Of a stretch of 64,000 nucleotides of DNA, positions 1 to 11,772 are shown one piece after another (the stretch's first letter is position 1; every line of letters begins with the position of its first letter). This DNA is from Eledone cirrhosa. Its lineage: Eukaryota. The stretch spans positions 131,192,001-131,256,000 of the forward strand of contig OZ024742.1 in assembly GCA_964016885.1 (NCBI GenBank). The letters run 5' to 3'. Under the pieces are notes generated by a model that saw only the letters and a list, made by a program, of their open reading frames with translations, was not told the DNA's origin and made no database searches. The position numbers and the translations under genes were made by a program.

Positions 1-568
1 CTCATGGTATGATAGCAATAAATACCAGAGTGTAATGTTCATCGATACAACCCCTAGAGGTGAATTAGCTTACAAATTGAGAAGGGCCCTAGATAAACAT
101 AAACTCAATATTAAGATAGTAGAAAGACCAGGTACCTCCGTAAAAACACTTATTAGCAAGACATACCCTTTTCAAAGACCCCCCTGTATAGATAAGAAAT
201 GTATAACCTGTAAAATAAGCCCCCATATTAACTGTAAAACTAGAAATGTAGTGTATAGCATAAGATGTACTGAAGGACAATGTAGAGACAAAAATATAGT
301 GTACATAGGTGAGACAGCTCGTAGTGTAGGGGAACGGATAAATGAACACTGGCGAGACCTTCAAGATAGTAAAGAATCATCTGTACTCTACCAACATGCT
401 AAAATAGAACATAAGGGTAAATTAGAGAACATAGAAATAAAAATAGAATCTACACACAAAAATGACGCAATGTTTAGACAAATCACAGAGGCAATAAACA
501 TAAAAGAATTACAACCAAAATTAAATAGAAAATATGAGTGGAACAGCAACATCACAACTTACAATTAA
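1..568 (+). mobile_element. 3' end of a Penelope-like element ORF: Cys-rich linker plus GIY-YIG endonuclease (truncated by the window start)
   Basis: ORF 35..568 contains C-x4-C-x2-C...C, then NVVYSIRC...C...YIGETARSVGERINEH...LYQH (GIY-YIG with CCHH-type residues) and the terminal E.INI....PKLN motif typical of EN+ PLEs. The clade (Neptune/Nematis-like) was not resolved. Confidence 0.9.
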
Positions 569-966
569 GGACAAAATGAAAACACACACACACATAGAAC
601 AAACAACCAACCGGTAACATGTAAATAAACAAATACATAAACGAATATAAACACACACAGACACCCGGATGTGGCGCATGCGCAGACTGAGCACACAACA
701 CACACACAGAAACAAATTGACGTAGGACAGAACAAAGGAGAGGCACAAAAACAAAGAAAAGAATCCCCAGTCACTGAAGAGGTCACAGAATGTGTGACGA
801 AAGAACTTTGACAATATATAAACAACTATCTGGTTGTGGAACCAACCAACCAACCAGAAATTTATAGATTTATAAATTCCTAAATTTATAAATTTATTAT
901 AATAAATTGAAGTGAAAGCAACTGGTGCCTGTGTTTCTTATTGGCAACATGACCTTCCCAAAGTAT

Positions 967-972
<6 letters not shown>
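569..972 (+). repeat. 3' pseudo-LTR of the PLE, ending in (TA)n
   Basis: Directly follows the GIY-YIG stop. Its last ~260 bp recur as both arms of the palindrome at 13100-13635, and it contains an HHR. Confidence 0.8.
770..812 (+). ncRNA. Minimal type I hammerhead ribozyme motif
   Basis: GUCA-CUGAAGA-G-GUCACA(GAAUG)UGUGAC-GAAA-GAAC-UU-UGAC: stem I GUCA/UGAC, 6-bp stem II, minimal stem III, CUU triplet. Confidence 0.75.
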
Positions 973-1050
<78 letters not shown>

Positions 1051-1121
1051 ATAACATTGTTTCCTCGGTCCGATTTGACGAAAGTCGATCGACCCTTTAT
1101 ATATATATATATATATATATA

Positions 1122-1204
<83 letters not shown>

Positions 1205-1819
1205 GTAGAAACAATCGAAAGCCCTAACAGATGGTAAAAAACTGGAGAGAATCCCCAGCGGAATGTAGACTCGCATCTGCCGCATGAAGGCGACTGCGTT
1301 ATATATTTATAGTTAGGTGTTTCGTCATGTGTTATATGACTGTCGAGGCTACGCTTCAGTGTCATGAAAATAGAGGTAAACATTTTATATTTACATAATA
1401 GTATCTTGTCTACACATGTTATTTAAAGTTTCAGATAAACACAAGCGTGGAAACGTATGAGGCACAATCACTGCAGTAAAATTTCAAATCGATGAACCTT
1501 TAATACAACCAAACATATCTTGGTTATACGTTAATTACTTCATGTTGGAAATAAATGACATACAAAGTGAGTGAAAACTGAATATATTGTAATTTTTGGC
1601 TATGTAGATATACCTCTCAGGACATTAGCTAGCAGGCAGGGCCATGATAAACCCCAGTGTTTCTTTCGATGTCATCTGTTAATAGAAAAACCCTTTAAGC
1701 CATAGTAACGTACAGAAGGAAGATATTTATTTAAATAAATTAATTTGACTAAATTACATTAAAGAAAATATGTAACTGTTTAATTTCACGATACCCAATG
1801 ATACTTATGTCATCTTGCA

Positions 1820-2140
1820 TGCGAAGGCTCGTTTCTTAGTGGGTAGGGTTTCGGCCCCCGATCGTAAGGTCGTGAGTCCGATTCCCGGTGGCGTGCTGTG
1901 TCCTTGAAAAAGACACTTCCTTTCACGTTGGACCAGTCTACTCAACTGGCAAAAATGAGTTGTACCTGTAATTCAAAGGGTCTGACATGTCACATTCTGT
2001 GTTACGCTGAATCTCACTGTGAAATACTTTACGGATACGCGTGTCTATGGAATACTCAGCCACTTGCACGTTCATTTCACGAGCAGGGATTTCTGTTGAT
2101 CGTATCAACTAGAACACCTGTCGTAATCGATGGAGTGCCA
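1820..2140 (+). mobile_element. tRNA-derived SINE, family 2 (CORE-like central block)
   Basis: A-box-like TAGTGGGTAGGG and B-box-like GAGTCCGATTCCC, followed by TGTGTCCTTGAAAAAGACACTT (CORE-like). Related fragments at ~3620-3840 (-) and ~51405-51590 (+). Confidence 0.6.
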
Positions 2141-2370
2141 GTTTTGTATGCTATCCTGTTAACTGATGACTAGAAGAATGGGTCTGCAGAACATCTAGAA
2201 TGGTGATAGATGATGTGAAGGGTAGGAAACAGTGTTACTCTCACCGTAATTATAGTATCTCTACAAATTGAACAAAATTCTGTCATGAATGAATTGCACG
2301 ATATTATGTCATGTACCTGCAAAAAGATTTCATCGTTGCTCAGTCAAAATATTGAGTAGACCTATAATTA

Positions 2371-3600
2371 ATTGTTTCTACTTTTGGCACAAGGCCAGCA
2401 ATTATCCCAGTGCATTACTGGTACTTTATTTTATCGACCCATAAGGATGAAAGGCAAAGTTAACCTCGGCGGGATTTGAACTCAGAACGTAAAGGGCCAT
2501 AACTCTATGCTGTAACGCATGGTGTCTGACGCTTTATAATTAATACAGATCCGTCTGCAACAGCACTTTTTTTCATTCGGACATAATATATTTCGAACTA
2601 CATTATCTCAAATATACTTCTTTCTTTTCCTTCCCGTAACTCCCGTGGTAGAGGTGCTGTATTGTATCTTGTTGGACATTTTAGGCCTGGTGGAGGCCAT
2701 CTCCACTTCAGGCCTGAGTACAGCAGATTTCTTACAGAGAAGGGTAGAAAGTGAGAAAGAGGGAGTGAGAAAAAGATATAGATGAAGAATCGACCCTAGT
2801 ACTAGACTGGTACATTTTTTGATCGACCTCGAATGGATAAATGCAAAGTTGACCTCAGCGGGATCTGAACTTAGAGTGAGAAAGCCGGATCGAATACCAT
2901 AAAGCATTCTATCCGACGTTCTAACGACTCTGCCAATAAGCTGCCTTTTATCTCAAATATAGTTTCTCTTTTTAAAACGGCAGAATATGACATGAAGGTA
3001 ATGTGGTTGTTATGTTGCTGTTGTCGGTTCCCACGGCATGCTTTTCATTTCTTTGAACAACGGACACAGCCCGCTCGTGAAAAATAATGATTTCTAGTAT
3101 ATGCACAAGGCCAGACATTTTGGGGGAGGGGAAAGTCGATCCCAGTATGTTACTGGTGCTTTATTTTATCGACCTCGTAAGGATGAAAGGTAAAGTTAAC
3201 CTCGACGGGATTTGAACTCAGACCATAAAGGACCGTAACTCTATGCTGCAAAGTATGGTGTCCGATTCTCTACCGATATTGCCAATCCAGAGGTAAAATG
3301 TAATAATCGACCTTAACATGATTTGTACTTTATGTACTGTGAAAGAATGAAAAGCAATGTTTACTTCGCCGGGAGCATAAAATGCATTAAATAGCTGTGA
3401 GCAATTGATATTGCATTTAATTAAAGAGCAGAAACAATTATATATATATATATAATTGTTTCTACTTTTGGCTCAAGGCCAGCAATTATCCAGGGCATGA
3501 TTGGTACTTTATTTTATCGACCCCGTAAGGATGAAAGGTAATGTTATCCTCGGCGGGATTTGAACTCAAACCGTAAAGGACCGTATATGTATGCTGCAAA
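2371..3600 (-). mobile_element. Cluster of four copies of tRNA-derived SINE family 1 (approx. 2371-2540, 2790-2940, 3095-3290, 3455-3600)
   Basis: Recurrent ~190-bp unit: A box TGGCAGTATCGGTAGAG, B box GAGTTCAAATCCC, central GCCTTTCATCCTTACGGGGTCGATAAAATAAAGTACCAG (Nin/Deu-domain-like), tail GGCCTTGTGCCAAAAGTAGAAACAATT(ATT)n. Confidence 0.85.
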
Positions 3601-4287
3601 GAAAAATAATGTGCAGGCGTCTGATCATTCCACAGACACTTGTACCCTTAACGTAGTTCTCAGAGAGATTCAGCGTGATACAATATGTCACAAGGATTTG
3701 AACTACATGTACATCTCATAATTGTCAACTGAATGGACTAGAACAACGCAAAATAAGTGTCATGCTCTAGGTCACCACGTAACTCCGTGATTCGAACTCA
3801 CGAACTTACGATCAGGAGCTGAACACCCTCAACGTAAACCATGCAACTTCATTGCCATGGTTATGAGATAGAAGTTTGTTTCACAGCTATGTATTCCAGA
3901 ATGGGTTCTGGAATAGAGATAAATGCGTTGTTGATAGACAAATCAGTTAATATAAACATTTTACAAAGCAAAAATCGATATTTGACAGGACCCAATATAC
4001 TCAATATGAATGTTGTTTATATTCGTTCTTTAAAGTTTTATAGAAAAACAAATATTATTCATTATAAATTGACGTGTTTATTGATTACTGGCGCTAACTG
4101 TAGTTATATATAGAAATAACGTAGTACATAATAGTATAGAGTTTATTAAAAAAATGTCGCTTTGGATTGCTTTCATTTTATTTCCGTTTACACTATAAAT
4201 ACACTTGAAATCTTAAGAGAAACTAACATCAAGATATCTTGTCATGTCTGGAACGAGAATCCAAACAGAATCGCATACTCACAAGGA

Positions 4288-4343
<56 letters not shown>

Positions 4344-4346
<3 letters not shown>

Positions 4347-5957
4347 TGCCCCGCAAAAGTTTACCACACATTAGGAAAAATGTGGTTTTAGGTATTTTTA
4401 ATAAAGTTAGGGTAATGAAAATTTAACTACTGATAGAACATATAATGAGGCATTTAATGATACAATCATATTTTTTTTTAAATAACAAGGAAATAACTCA
4501 TGAAGAAAAATCAATATTTTTATAACGCAAAAGTTTACAACACATTTTATATTTATCGCTTATTTTCAAGAAAATTTTTAAATTTTCAGATTTAGAATTC
4601 AGTAGAATGTTCTAGATTAGGTTTAAGGTAACTTCTAAGGACTATTAAAAACATTTCGTCATTATTTGTCTGACAACCATCCTGTAAACATTGACAACCA
4701 TCCTGTAAACATTGACAATATGGGGAAAAATAAACTGATTGATCAAGACCTCCGTAAAAGCATTGTAGACCTTCATGCAAATGGTGTTGGTTATAGAAAG
4801 ATATCTTGTCAGTTAAATGTGCCATTGAGTTCAGTTGGTACTATAATTCGTCACTGGAAATCTCATCATTCCATCTGTCCTCTAATTAGTTCTGGTCGTC
4901 CTAGAAAGATAACGGAACATGCAGCTCGGTTATTGATGAGAAAGGTTGGCAACGAACCCCGGTGTACTCTTTAAAATCTTCAGGATGACCTAGAAGAAAG
5001 TGGAGTAAAAGTGAGCACAGATACAATTAGTCGTTCACTTCGTTGATATAATATCTTCTCGAGGTCTCCAAGGAAAACACCACTTCTTACGAGGAAACAC
5101 GTTCTTCGTCGATTAAACTTTGCAAATGATCTCATCAAACCTGCGTCATTTTGGGAAGACGTACTTTAGTCGGACGAAACAAAAATTGAACTTTTTGGTC
5201 GAAATGCTGTGGCAAAAGTCTGGAGAAAGTAAAGTACTGAATATTCGCCGAAGAATACTATTCCAACTGTAAAATTTGGAGGTGGATCAGTCATGGTCTG
5301 GGGTTGCTTTAGTGCCACAGGTGTAGGAAATATTGAAATAATAGAAGGAAGAATGGGTGGCGCTTATTATAGAGGTATTTTGCAAAGGAATTTACATCAA
5401 AGTGCACATTCTCTCAGCTTAAAGCCAGCTTTGTTTTTTCAACAAGATAACGATCCAAAGCATACTGCAAAGCTAACACAATCTTGGTTAAGTACGAATG
5501 GAATAAATGTTCTAAAATGGCCAAGTCAGTCTCCAGATCTTAACCCGATCGAAAATTTGTGGAGAGAACTGTAACTCAGAATTCAAAAAAGGAAACCCCA
5601 AAATATCCCTGAACTAAAGAAAATTTGTTGTGAAGAATGGAAAAATATTAGCCAAGAAACATGCAAGAAGTTTGTAGGAGGCTACTCCAAACGCCCTACA
5701 GGCTGTAATTAGCAACAAAGGTTACGCTACGAAATATTAAGAGATGATTTAATAAATGTGTTGTAAACTTTTGCGTTATAAAAATATTGATTTTTCTTAA
5801 TGAGTTATTTCCTTGTTATTTAAAAAAAAATATGATTGTAGCATTAAATGCCTCATTATATGTTCTATCAGTAGTTAAATTTTCATTACCCTGACTTTAT
5901 TAAAAATACATAAAACCACACTTTTCCTAATGTGTTGTAAAATTTTGCGTGGCACTG
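4344..5957 (+). mobile_element. Tc1-like DNA transposon, full length, IR/DR type, inserted in (TA)n
   Basis: ~205-bp terminal inverted repeats starting CAGTGCC (4344-4547 and 5754-5957), each with the internal direct repeat CGCAAAAGTTTAC(A/C)ACACATT, flanked by TA on both sides. Confidence 0.95.
4720..5740 (+). pseudogene. Tc1 DD34E transposase pseudogene
   Basis: MGKNK...HTH...SGRPRKIT; SDETKIELFG; MVWGCFS; FQQDNDPKH; [18 protein letters not shown]. It has several in-frame stops and a late frameshift. Confidence 0.93.
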
Positions 5958-5988
<31 letters not shown>

Positions 5989-6039
5989 TAACTTTTAAAT
6001 ATATATATATATATATGTATTTAAAAAATAACAGATTAA

Positions 6040-6090
6040 AGTTTAAGCAAAGAATCGCTGCTTTCACCCTTAACGGGATCTTCTGAAACT
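6040..6090 (-). ncRNA. Variant hammerhead-like motif (CAGAAGA core), copy in the 5' inverted repeat
   Basis: Exact reverse complement of 10243-10293. Confidence 0.6.
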
Positions 6091-6698
6091 AACAAAGTCA
6101 ATCTGTGAACGCAGAAGTGAATATTTCAAAAAACGTTGCAACCGGAGGAAGACAGGGAGACGATACTTTGGTTCGTGGAAACGTTCCCTGGCAAAGAACC
6201 GGAACAAACGAATATAATACGTCATTATTTGGAGCAGTGAAAAACAATTACAATCAAAGACAAAACCACGTTTATGGTAGAAAAGAAGTCGGTGACTAAT
6301 ATTCTATTAGGTGGTTCATAGAGACGTTCTCTGGCAATGAACGGAAAAAACGAAGATAATACGTCATATGTGGAGCGGGTAGAACAATTGCACGCAAAGA
6401 CAAAACCACGTAAATGGTATAACTGAAGTCGTAGACTAAAATTCTAACTAGGAAACCGAATGATTCTCGGCTTCAGAGTTAAGAATAAAGTAAATAAAAT
6501 AGAGGTAATTGAAATTAAATAAATACATACATGCATCCATATACGTACCTACACAAGCATACGCGTAAACACACGCCATAGGTATACAAATAGACGCACG
6601 TACATACCCCCCCCCCAAAAAAACCCCGCACGCACATAGAGAACCCACGCAACGCCTGTACCCGCACGCATACGAATGTATACACCAAATACACATAC

Positions 6699-6739
<41 letters not shown>

Positions 6740-7098
6740 ATACATATAATTAAATAAACGTATATAAATAAATAAATACGTATATAACAAGCGCACACAC
6801 ATACCTACATGTAAATACACATATGTTCGGAGACGAACGTCAACCAAAACAAAAATTACACATATACACACACTCTACATACGTACGAACCCTCATACTC
6901 AGACAGACGCAAAACTCACGTATACACATAACCAAAAGCATATGTACCAGAATATATAATATATACGCTATAACATATACAATCAAATATACGTACGAGA
7001 AAGTATACGTACCTTCACAAAATATACAGGTAATATATACTTACCTATACAAATAAATAATGGTATAAACATAACATATTCTTCGACTTATATTCATC

Positions 7099-9206
7099 AT
7101 GCAGAAACAACATCTGAATATTTCTACAAAGAACATACCCGTACCAAGCAGGAAAACACACCCAAAACTCTTGATACAGAAAACAGACGCGTTCATTAAA
7201 AGGTTGCGTTGGCGTGCCTTTTATTTCGATAATCAGGGAAAAGCAGACAACAAACAGGATAAATTTGGGTTTAAAACCTATAATAACCCTCCGAGCATTG
7301 CTACCCTTCGAAAATGATCTCTTGGAACTCATACGGAGTATCAAATTGCGGAATAGGAGCAATTCCTTCCAGTAGGACATGAAGAATAGAATTCGTTCTA
7401 TTAAGGATTCTAATGCCGTGCACGTCCATTCCGACAAAACTGGCAATCTATATCAATTGGAGCGCAGTACCTACCATCAACTGCTACATAATGCTGTAAC
7501 TAAGGATTACCGTAAAACTAATCGGAGCGTCATTAATGAAATCAACGATGCTGGGTTTAAAAGCACCTCTGTTCTCATCATCCTGGACCGCGCTGAACCT
7601 CTGGACCCTATTTCTCCCCACTTTACCCTGAAGGATCACAAATCCAATTTTCCGAACAACCCCTCTATTCGGCTTATTAACCCTACGAATTCCGATTTAG
7701 GTAGACTTAGTAAAAGGATTCTTGATAGAATTATACCTGAAATTAGAAGTTTGGCCTCTCTTGCACTGTGGAACAATTCTTTCGCGGTGATTGATTGGTT
7801 CAACGGCATATGCAACAAGGAACATTGCCGTTTTATCCAATTCGACGTCAATAATTACTACTCCTCCATCACTTTACCACTTCTCCTTAGAGTTATCAAT
7901 TTCGTTAAAACACTCACAGTGGTTAAGGATTTCGAAGTTGATTTCATCCTCAATGCCCGTAAGTCGGTTATTAATTTCGACGCTCTATTTGGATTAAAAA
8001 ATCTAATAGTACCCCATTCGACGTGAGTATGGGCGCCAGCGATTCTGCGTAGGTTACTGATCTTATCGGCCTTTTCCTTCTTTTCTCTATCAAGGAAGAA
8101 TTCCCCAACGTGGGCTGTGGTTTGTACCGTGATGATGGTCTTTTGACCATGACTATGTGCGCCCCACGTGCTTGCGACAGGTTCAGAAAAGAACTCACAG
8201 CCTTCTTTAAAGGCTTCAACCTCTCCATACAGGTTGAGGCCAACCTCTCGGTCGTTAATTACCTCGACGTTAGCCTCAATATATCGAATGGCTTGCATTA
8301 CCCGTATAGAAAGCCGAATGATACGCTTAATTACATAACCATCCTGCCAGCATAACCAAGAACCTGGTAAGAAACGTTTCTTTGAGGCTTTCCCGTCTAT
8401 CTACTAACGAGCATATTTTCAACGACAATTCCACATATTACAATGAAGCTCTTGCTCGGAGTGGATTTTTCGATAATGTGGCATATACAGAGTACGAGAA
8501 TAGACCTAGAAGAAATAGATCCCGACGTATTATATGGTATAACCAACCATATAATATGGAGGTCGCCACACCATTAGCTAAGCTCTTTCTCTCTCTTATT
8601 GTGAAGCATGTTCCCCCTACACATAAATATAGTAAAGTTTTTAATAGAAATATTATTAACATTTCTTACTCTACGATTCCTAACCTTGCACATAACATCA
8701 CAGCTTCAAATTTAGCTAAACTACCTAGCCGTAGGAACACGTGCAACCGTGTAGTTAGTACTATCTGTAATTGTAGGAATCGGGTTGACTGCCCCCTATC
8801 CAGGAAATGCCTCTCTAGTTACATTGTCTACCAATGTAAGGTTGAAACACCCACATCCCGTAGGGCCTACATAGGGTTAACCGCCAAAAGATTCAAGCAG
8901 CGTCTTTACATACATACCCATTCTTTTCGTTACCCTTTAAGAAGGAATATGACGTCACTTTCAGCTTATATCTGGAGTCTAAAAGACAACCACACCCAAT
9001 ATAAGTTACACTGGGAGATCCTAGCTAGGGCTAGATCGTATAACGGAAATAAAAGAAAATGTGACCTCTGTGCCGCTAAGGCCCTGGACATACTCTATGC
9101 CAAAGACCACATCTTAAACAAAACATCTGAGGCAATTTCGGCTTGTAAACATAAATTGCACAAAACTTTCGTGTATTACAGCCCCACATTATACCCTAAC
9201 GGATAG
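7099..9206 (+). pseudogene. PLE RT-GIY-YIG polyprotein, disrupted by stops and frameshifts
   Basis: N-terminal STKNIP...IKRLRWRAFYF; SDKTGNLY; RLINP; FIQFDVNNYYSSI; GLYRDDGL; NYLDVSL; CNCRNRVDCPL (CxCx5C); IVYQC...AYIGLT; CDLC; CKH. Split over ORFs 7099-7317, 7379-8026, 8110-8355 and 8382-9206. Confidence 0.92.
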
Positions 9207-9595
9207 TACGAACTATACGCTGATATTTGACACATTGATGTGGTAGCTAAGTATATGTTATATTTATACTATTACTTATTTGTATAGGTAAGTATATATT
9301 ACCTGTATGTTTTGTGAAGGTACGTATACTTTCTCGTACGTATATTTGATTGTATATGTTATGGCGTATATATTATATATTCTGGTACATATGCTTTTGG
9401 TTATGTGTATACGTGAATTTTGCGTCTGTGTGAGTATGCGGGTTCGTACGTATGTAGAGTGTGTGTATATGTGTAATTTGTGTTTTGGTTGACGTTCGTC
9501 TCCGAACATCTGTATTTACGTGTATGTATGAGTGTGCGCTTGTTATATACGTATTTATTTATTTATATGCGTTCATTTAATTATATGTATACACG

Positions 9596-9626
<31 letters not shown>

Positions 9627-10242
9627 TTGTTATATATATTTTTATGTGTATTTGGTGTATACATTCGTATGCGTGCGGGTACAGGCGTTGCGTGGGTTCT
9701 GTAGGTGCATGCGGGGTTTTTGTTTGTGTACGTGCGTGTAATTGTATACCTACGGCGAGTGTTTTCGCGTATGCTTGTGTAGGTACGTATATGGATGCAT
9801 GTATGTATTTATTTAATTTCAATTACCTCTGTATTTTATTTACTTTAATCTTAACTCTGAAGCCGAGAATCATTCGGTTTCCTAGTTAGAATTTTAGTCT
9901 ACGACTTCAGTTATACCATTTACTTGGTTTTGTCTTTGCGCGCAATTGTTCTCCCCGCTCCACATATGACGTATTATCTGCGTTTTTTCCGTTCATTGCC
10001 AGAGAAGGTCTCTATGAACCACCTAATAGAATATTAGTCTACGACTTCTTTTATACCATAAACGTGGTTTTGTCTTTGCGTGTAATTGTTTTTCACTGCT
10101 CCAAATAATGACGTATTATATTCGTTTTCCCCCGTTCTTTACCAAGGAACGTTTCCACGAACCAAAGTATCGTCTTCCTGTCTTCCTCCGGTTGCAACGT
10201 TTTTTGAAATATTCACTTCTGCGTTCACAGATTGACTTTGTT

Positions 10243-10293
10243 AGTTTCAGAAGATCCCGTTAAGGGTGAAAGCAGCGATTCTTTGCTTAAACT
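10243..10293 (+). ncRNA. Variant hammerhead-like motif (CAGAAGA core) at the 3' end of the PLE
   Basis: AGUUU-CAGAAGA-UCCC(GUUAA)GGGU-GAAA-GCA(GCGAUUCUU)UGC-UU-AAACU: stems I, II and III all pair, with a CUU triplet. Confidence 0.65.
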
Positions 10294-10425
10294 TTAATCT
10301 GTTATTTTAATAAATATCTGCTTTACGGTTCTTATATATTTGATATATATTTATCCTTATGGAGCCCTCCTTGGATTTTAGTCTTCAAATTATTATTATT
10401 ACTATATCCGCCACTTACTGCCGCC

Positions 10426-11772
10426 TTGGACTTCGCCGAAACACTTGTGCCCATCACCGACCAGGAAAGAAAAATCATCCTCCACGCCAGGAAGACAGTC
10501 TTACTCTTTGACGACTCTAAATGGATAAAAAGAGCTCCCGACTCACCCTTCGACGTCAGCATGGGCACCACGGATTCGGCGGAGGTCACAGATCTTATAG
10601 GATTATTCCTAATAGCCAAACTCACTGATATGTTTCCTGCATTCGGTGGTGGATTGTACCGTGATGATGGGCTCCTTACCCTTAAAGGGTACAACCCCAG
10701 TAGTACAGATCGGGTCCGGAAACAATTAATCAGATTCTTCCGCGACTGGGGATTTAAAATAACCCTACAAACGTCCCTGACCCGAGTAAACTTCCTGGAC
10801 GTGACCCTCGACCTCGAAAACGACCTGTACTACCCATACAGGAAACCTAATGACAATCTGCACTACATCCACCGCCGATCAAACCATCCTAGGAACATCA
10901 CAAACAACCTGGTCAAAAACATCTCCCTCCGCATATCCCGTTTGTCAGCTAATGAGCGGATATTCGATGAACATGCGCCTTATTACAACCAGGCCCTCAA
11001 GCGGAGTGGTTTCCGGGAGGAAATATCCTACTGTCCAGCTCCCATTAGCGGAACCAGCAGGAGACACCGCCGCTCACGCAATGTAACATGGTTCAATCCT
11101 CCCCACAACGCAGAGGTGACTACTCCCATCGGGAAACTATTCTTTAGGCTCATTGAAAAACACTTCCCATTACAACACCGCTACCACAACATAATTAACA
11201 AAAATACCATCAAACTCTCTTACAGCACTACACCAAACTTCGCACAAAACATCGTCTCCTCTAACAACAAAAAACTCAACCCCGATGGCAGAAATAACCT
11301 AAATAGCAGTGGAGAACCGACTAGGAGGTGTAACTGCCCGGATAGATCTATTTGCCCACTCGACAATAGATGCAGAGACCGTAATGTGATCTACCAGTGC
11401 AACGTGAGGACGGATACCTCCAACAAAGCCTATATAGGACTTACCGCATGTGACTTCAAGACCCGGCTATACCAACATAGACATACCTTCCGAAACCCGG
11501 CCCGGCGTCACGCCACTACACTTTCGGGCCACATATGGGACCTCAAGGACAACAACATCACCTATGATCTCACTTGGAGATTACTGTCCAGAGCCAATTC
11601 TTACACGGGAGGACGCCGTCCGTGCAATTTATGCTCGGAGGAAACTTTACAAATGATGTTTTCGACGGACCAACTCCTAAACAAGAAAGATGAACTGGTT
11701 ACTGCATGTAAACATAGATTGCGTAGGACTTACCTCGCCCTCAAACCCCATAATGACCCGGGGGGGGGGTAG
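10426..11772 (+). CDS. PLE reverse transcriptase C-terminal half plus GIY-YIG endonuclease (open 448-codon frame, 5'-truncated)
   Basis: FDVSMGTTDSAEV, GLYRDDGL, VNFLDVTL, WFNPP, CNCPDRSICPL (CxCx5C), VIYQC...AYIGLT, CNLC, CKH. Clearly homologous to the 7099-9206 product but divergent. Confidence 0.88.
   Translation: MDFAETLVPITDQERKIILHARKTVLLFDDSKWIKRAPDSPFDVSMGTTDSAEVTDLIGLFLIAKLTDMFPAFGGGLYRDDGLLTLKGYNPSSTDRVRKQLIRFFRDWGFKITLQTSLTRVNFLDVTLDLENDLYYPYRKPNDNLHYIHRRSNHPRNITNNLVKNISLRISRLSANERIFDEHAPYYNQALKRSGFREEISYCPAPISGTSRRHRRSRNVTWFNPPHNAEVTTPIGKLFFRLIEKHFPLQHRYHNIINKNTIKLSYSTTPNFAQNIVSSNNKKLNPDGRNNLNSSGEPTRRCNCPDRSICPLDNRCRDRNVIYQCNVRTDTSNKAYIGLTACDFKTRLYQHRHTFRNPARRHATTLSGHIWDLKDNNITYDLTWRLLSRANSYTGGRRPCNLCSEETLQMMFSTDQLLNKKDELVTACKHRLRRTYLALKPHNDPGGG

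Larger units (their letters stand above)
6020..10315 (+). mobile_element. Full-length Penelope-like element (Hydra-clade-like) bracketed by ~1.05-kb inverted repeats
   Basis: 6020-7075 is the reverse complement of 9250-10315, with an RT + GIY-YIG reading frame between them and (TA)n outside the left end. Confidence 0.9.

Noticed and set aside
1310-1365. Minus-strand CUGAAGC...GUCAU/AUGAC-GAAAC hammerhead-like motif
   Set aside because: The core is broken by a ~12-nt insertion and there is no stem I or NUH closure.
7099-9206. Selenocysteine recoding or programmed frameshifting in the PLE ORF
   Set aside because: The interruptions are TAG stops and indels at non-Cys positions, and the related element is open across part of the same region. 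This is ordinary decay.
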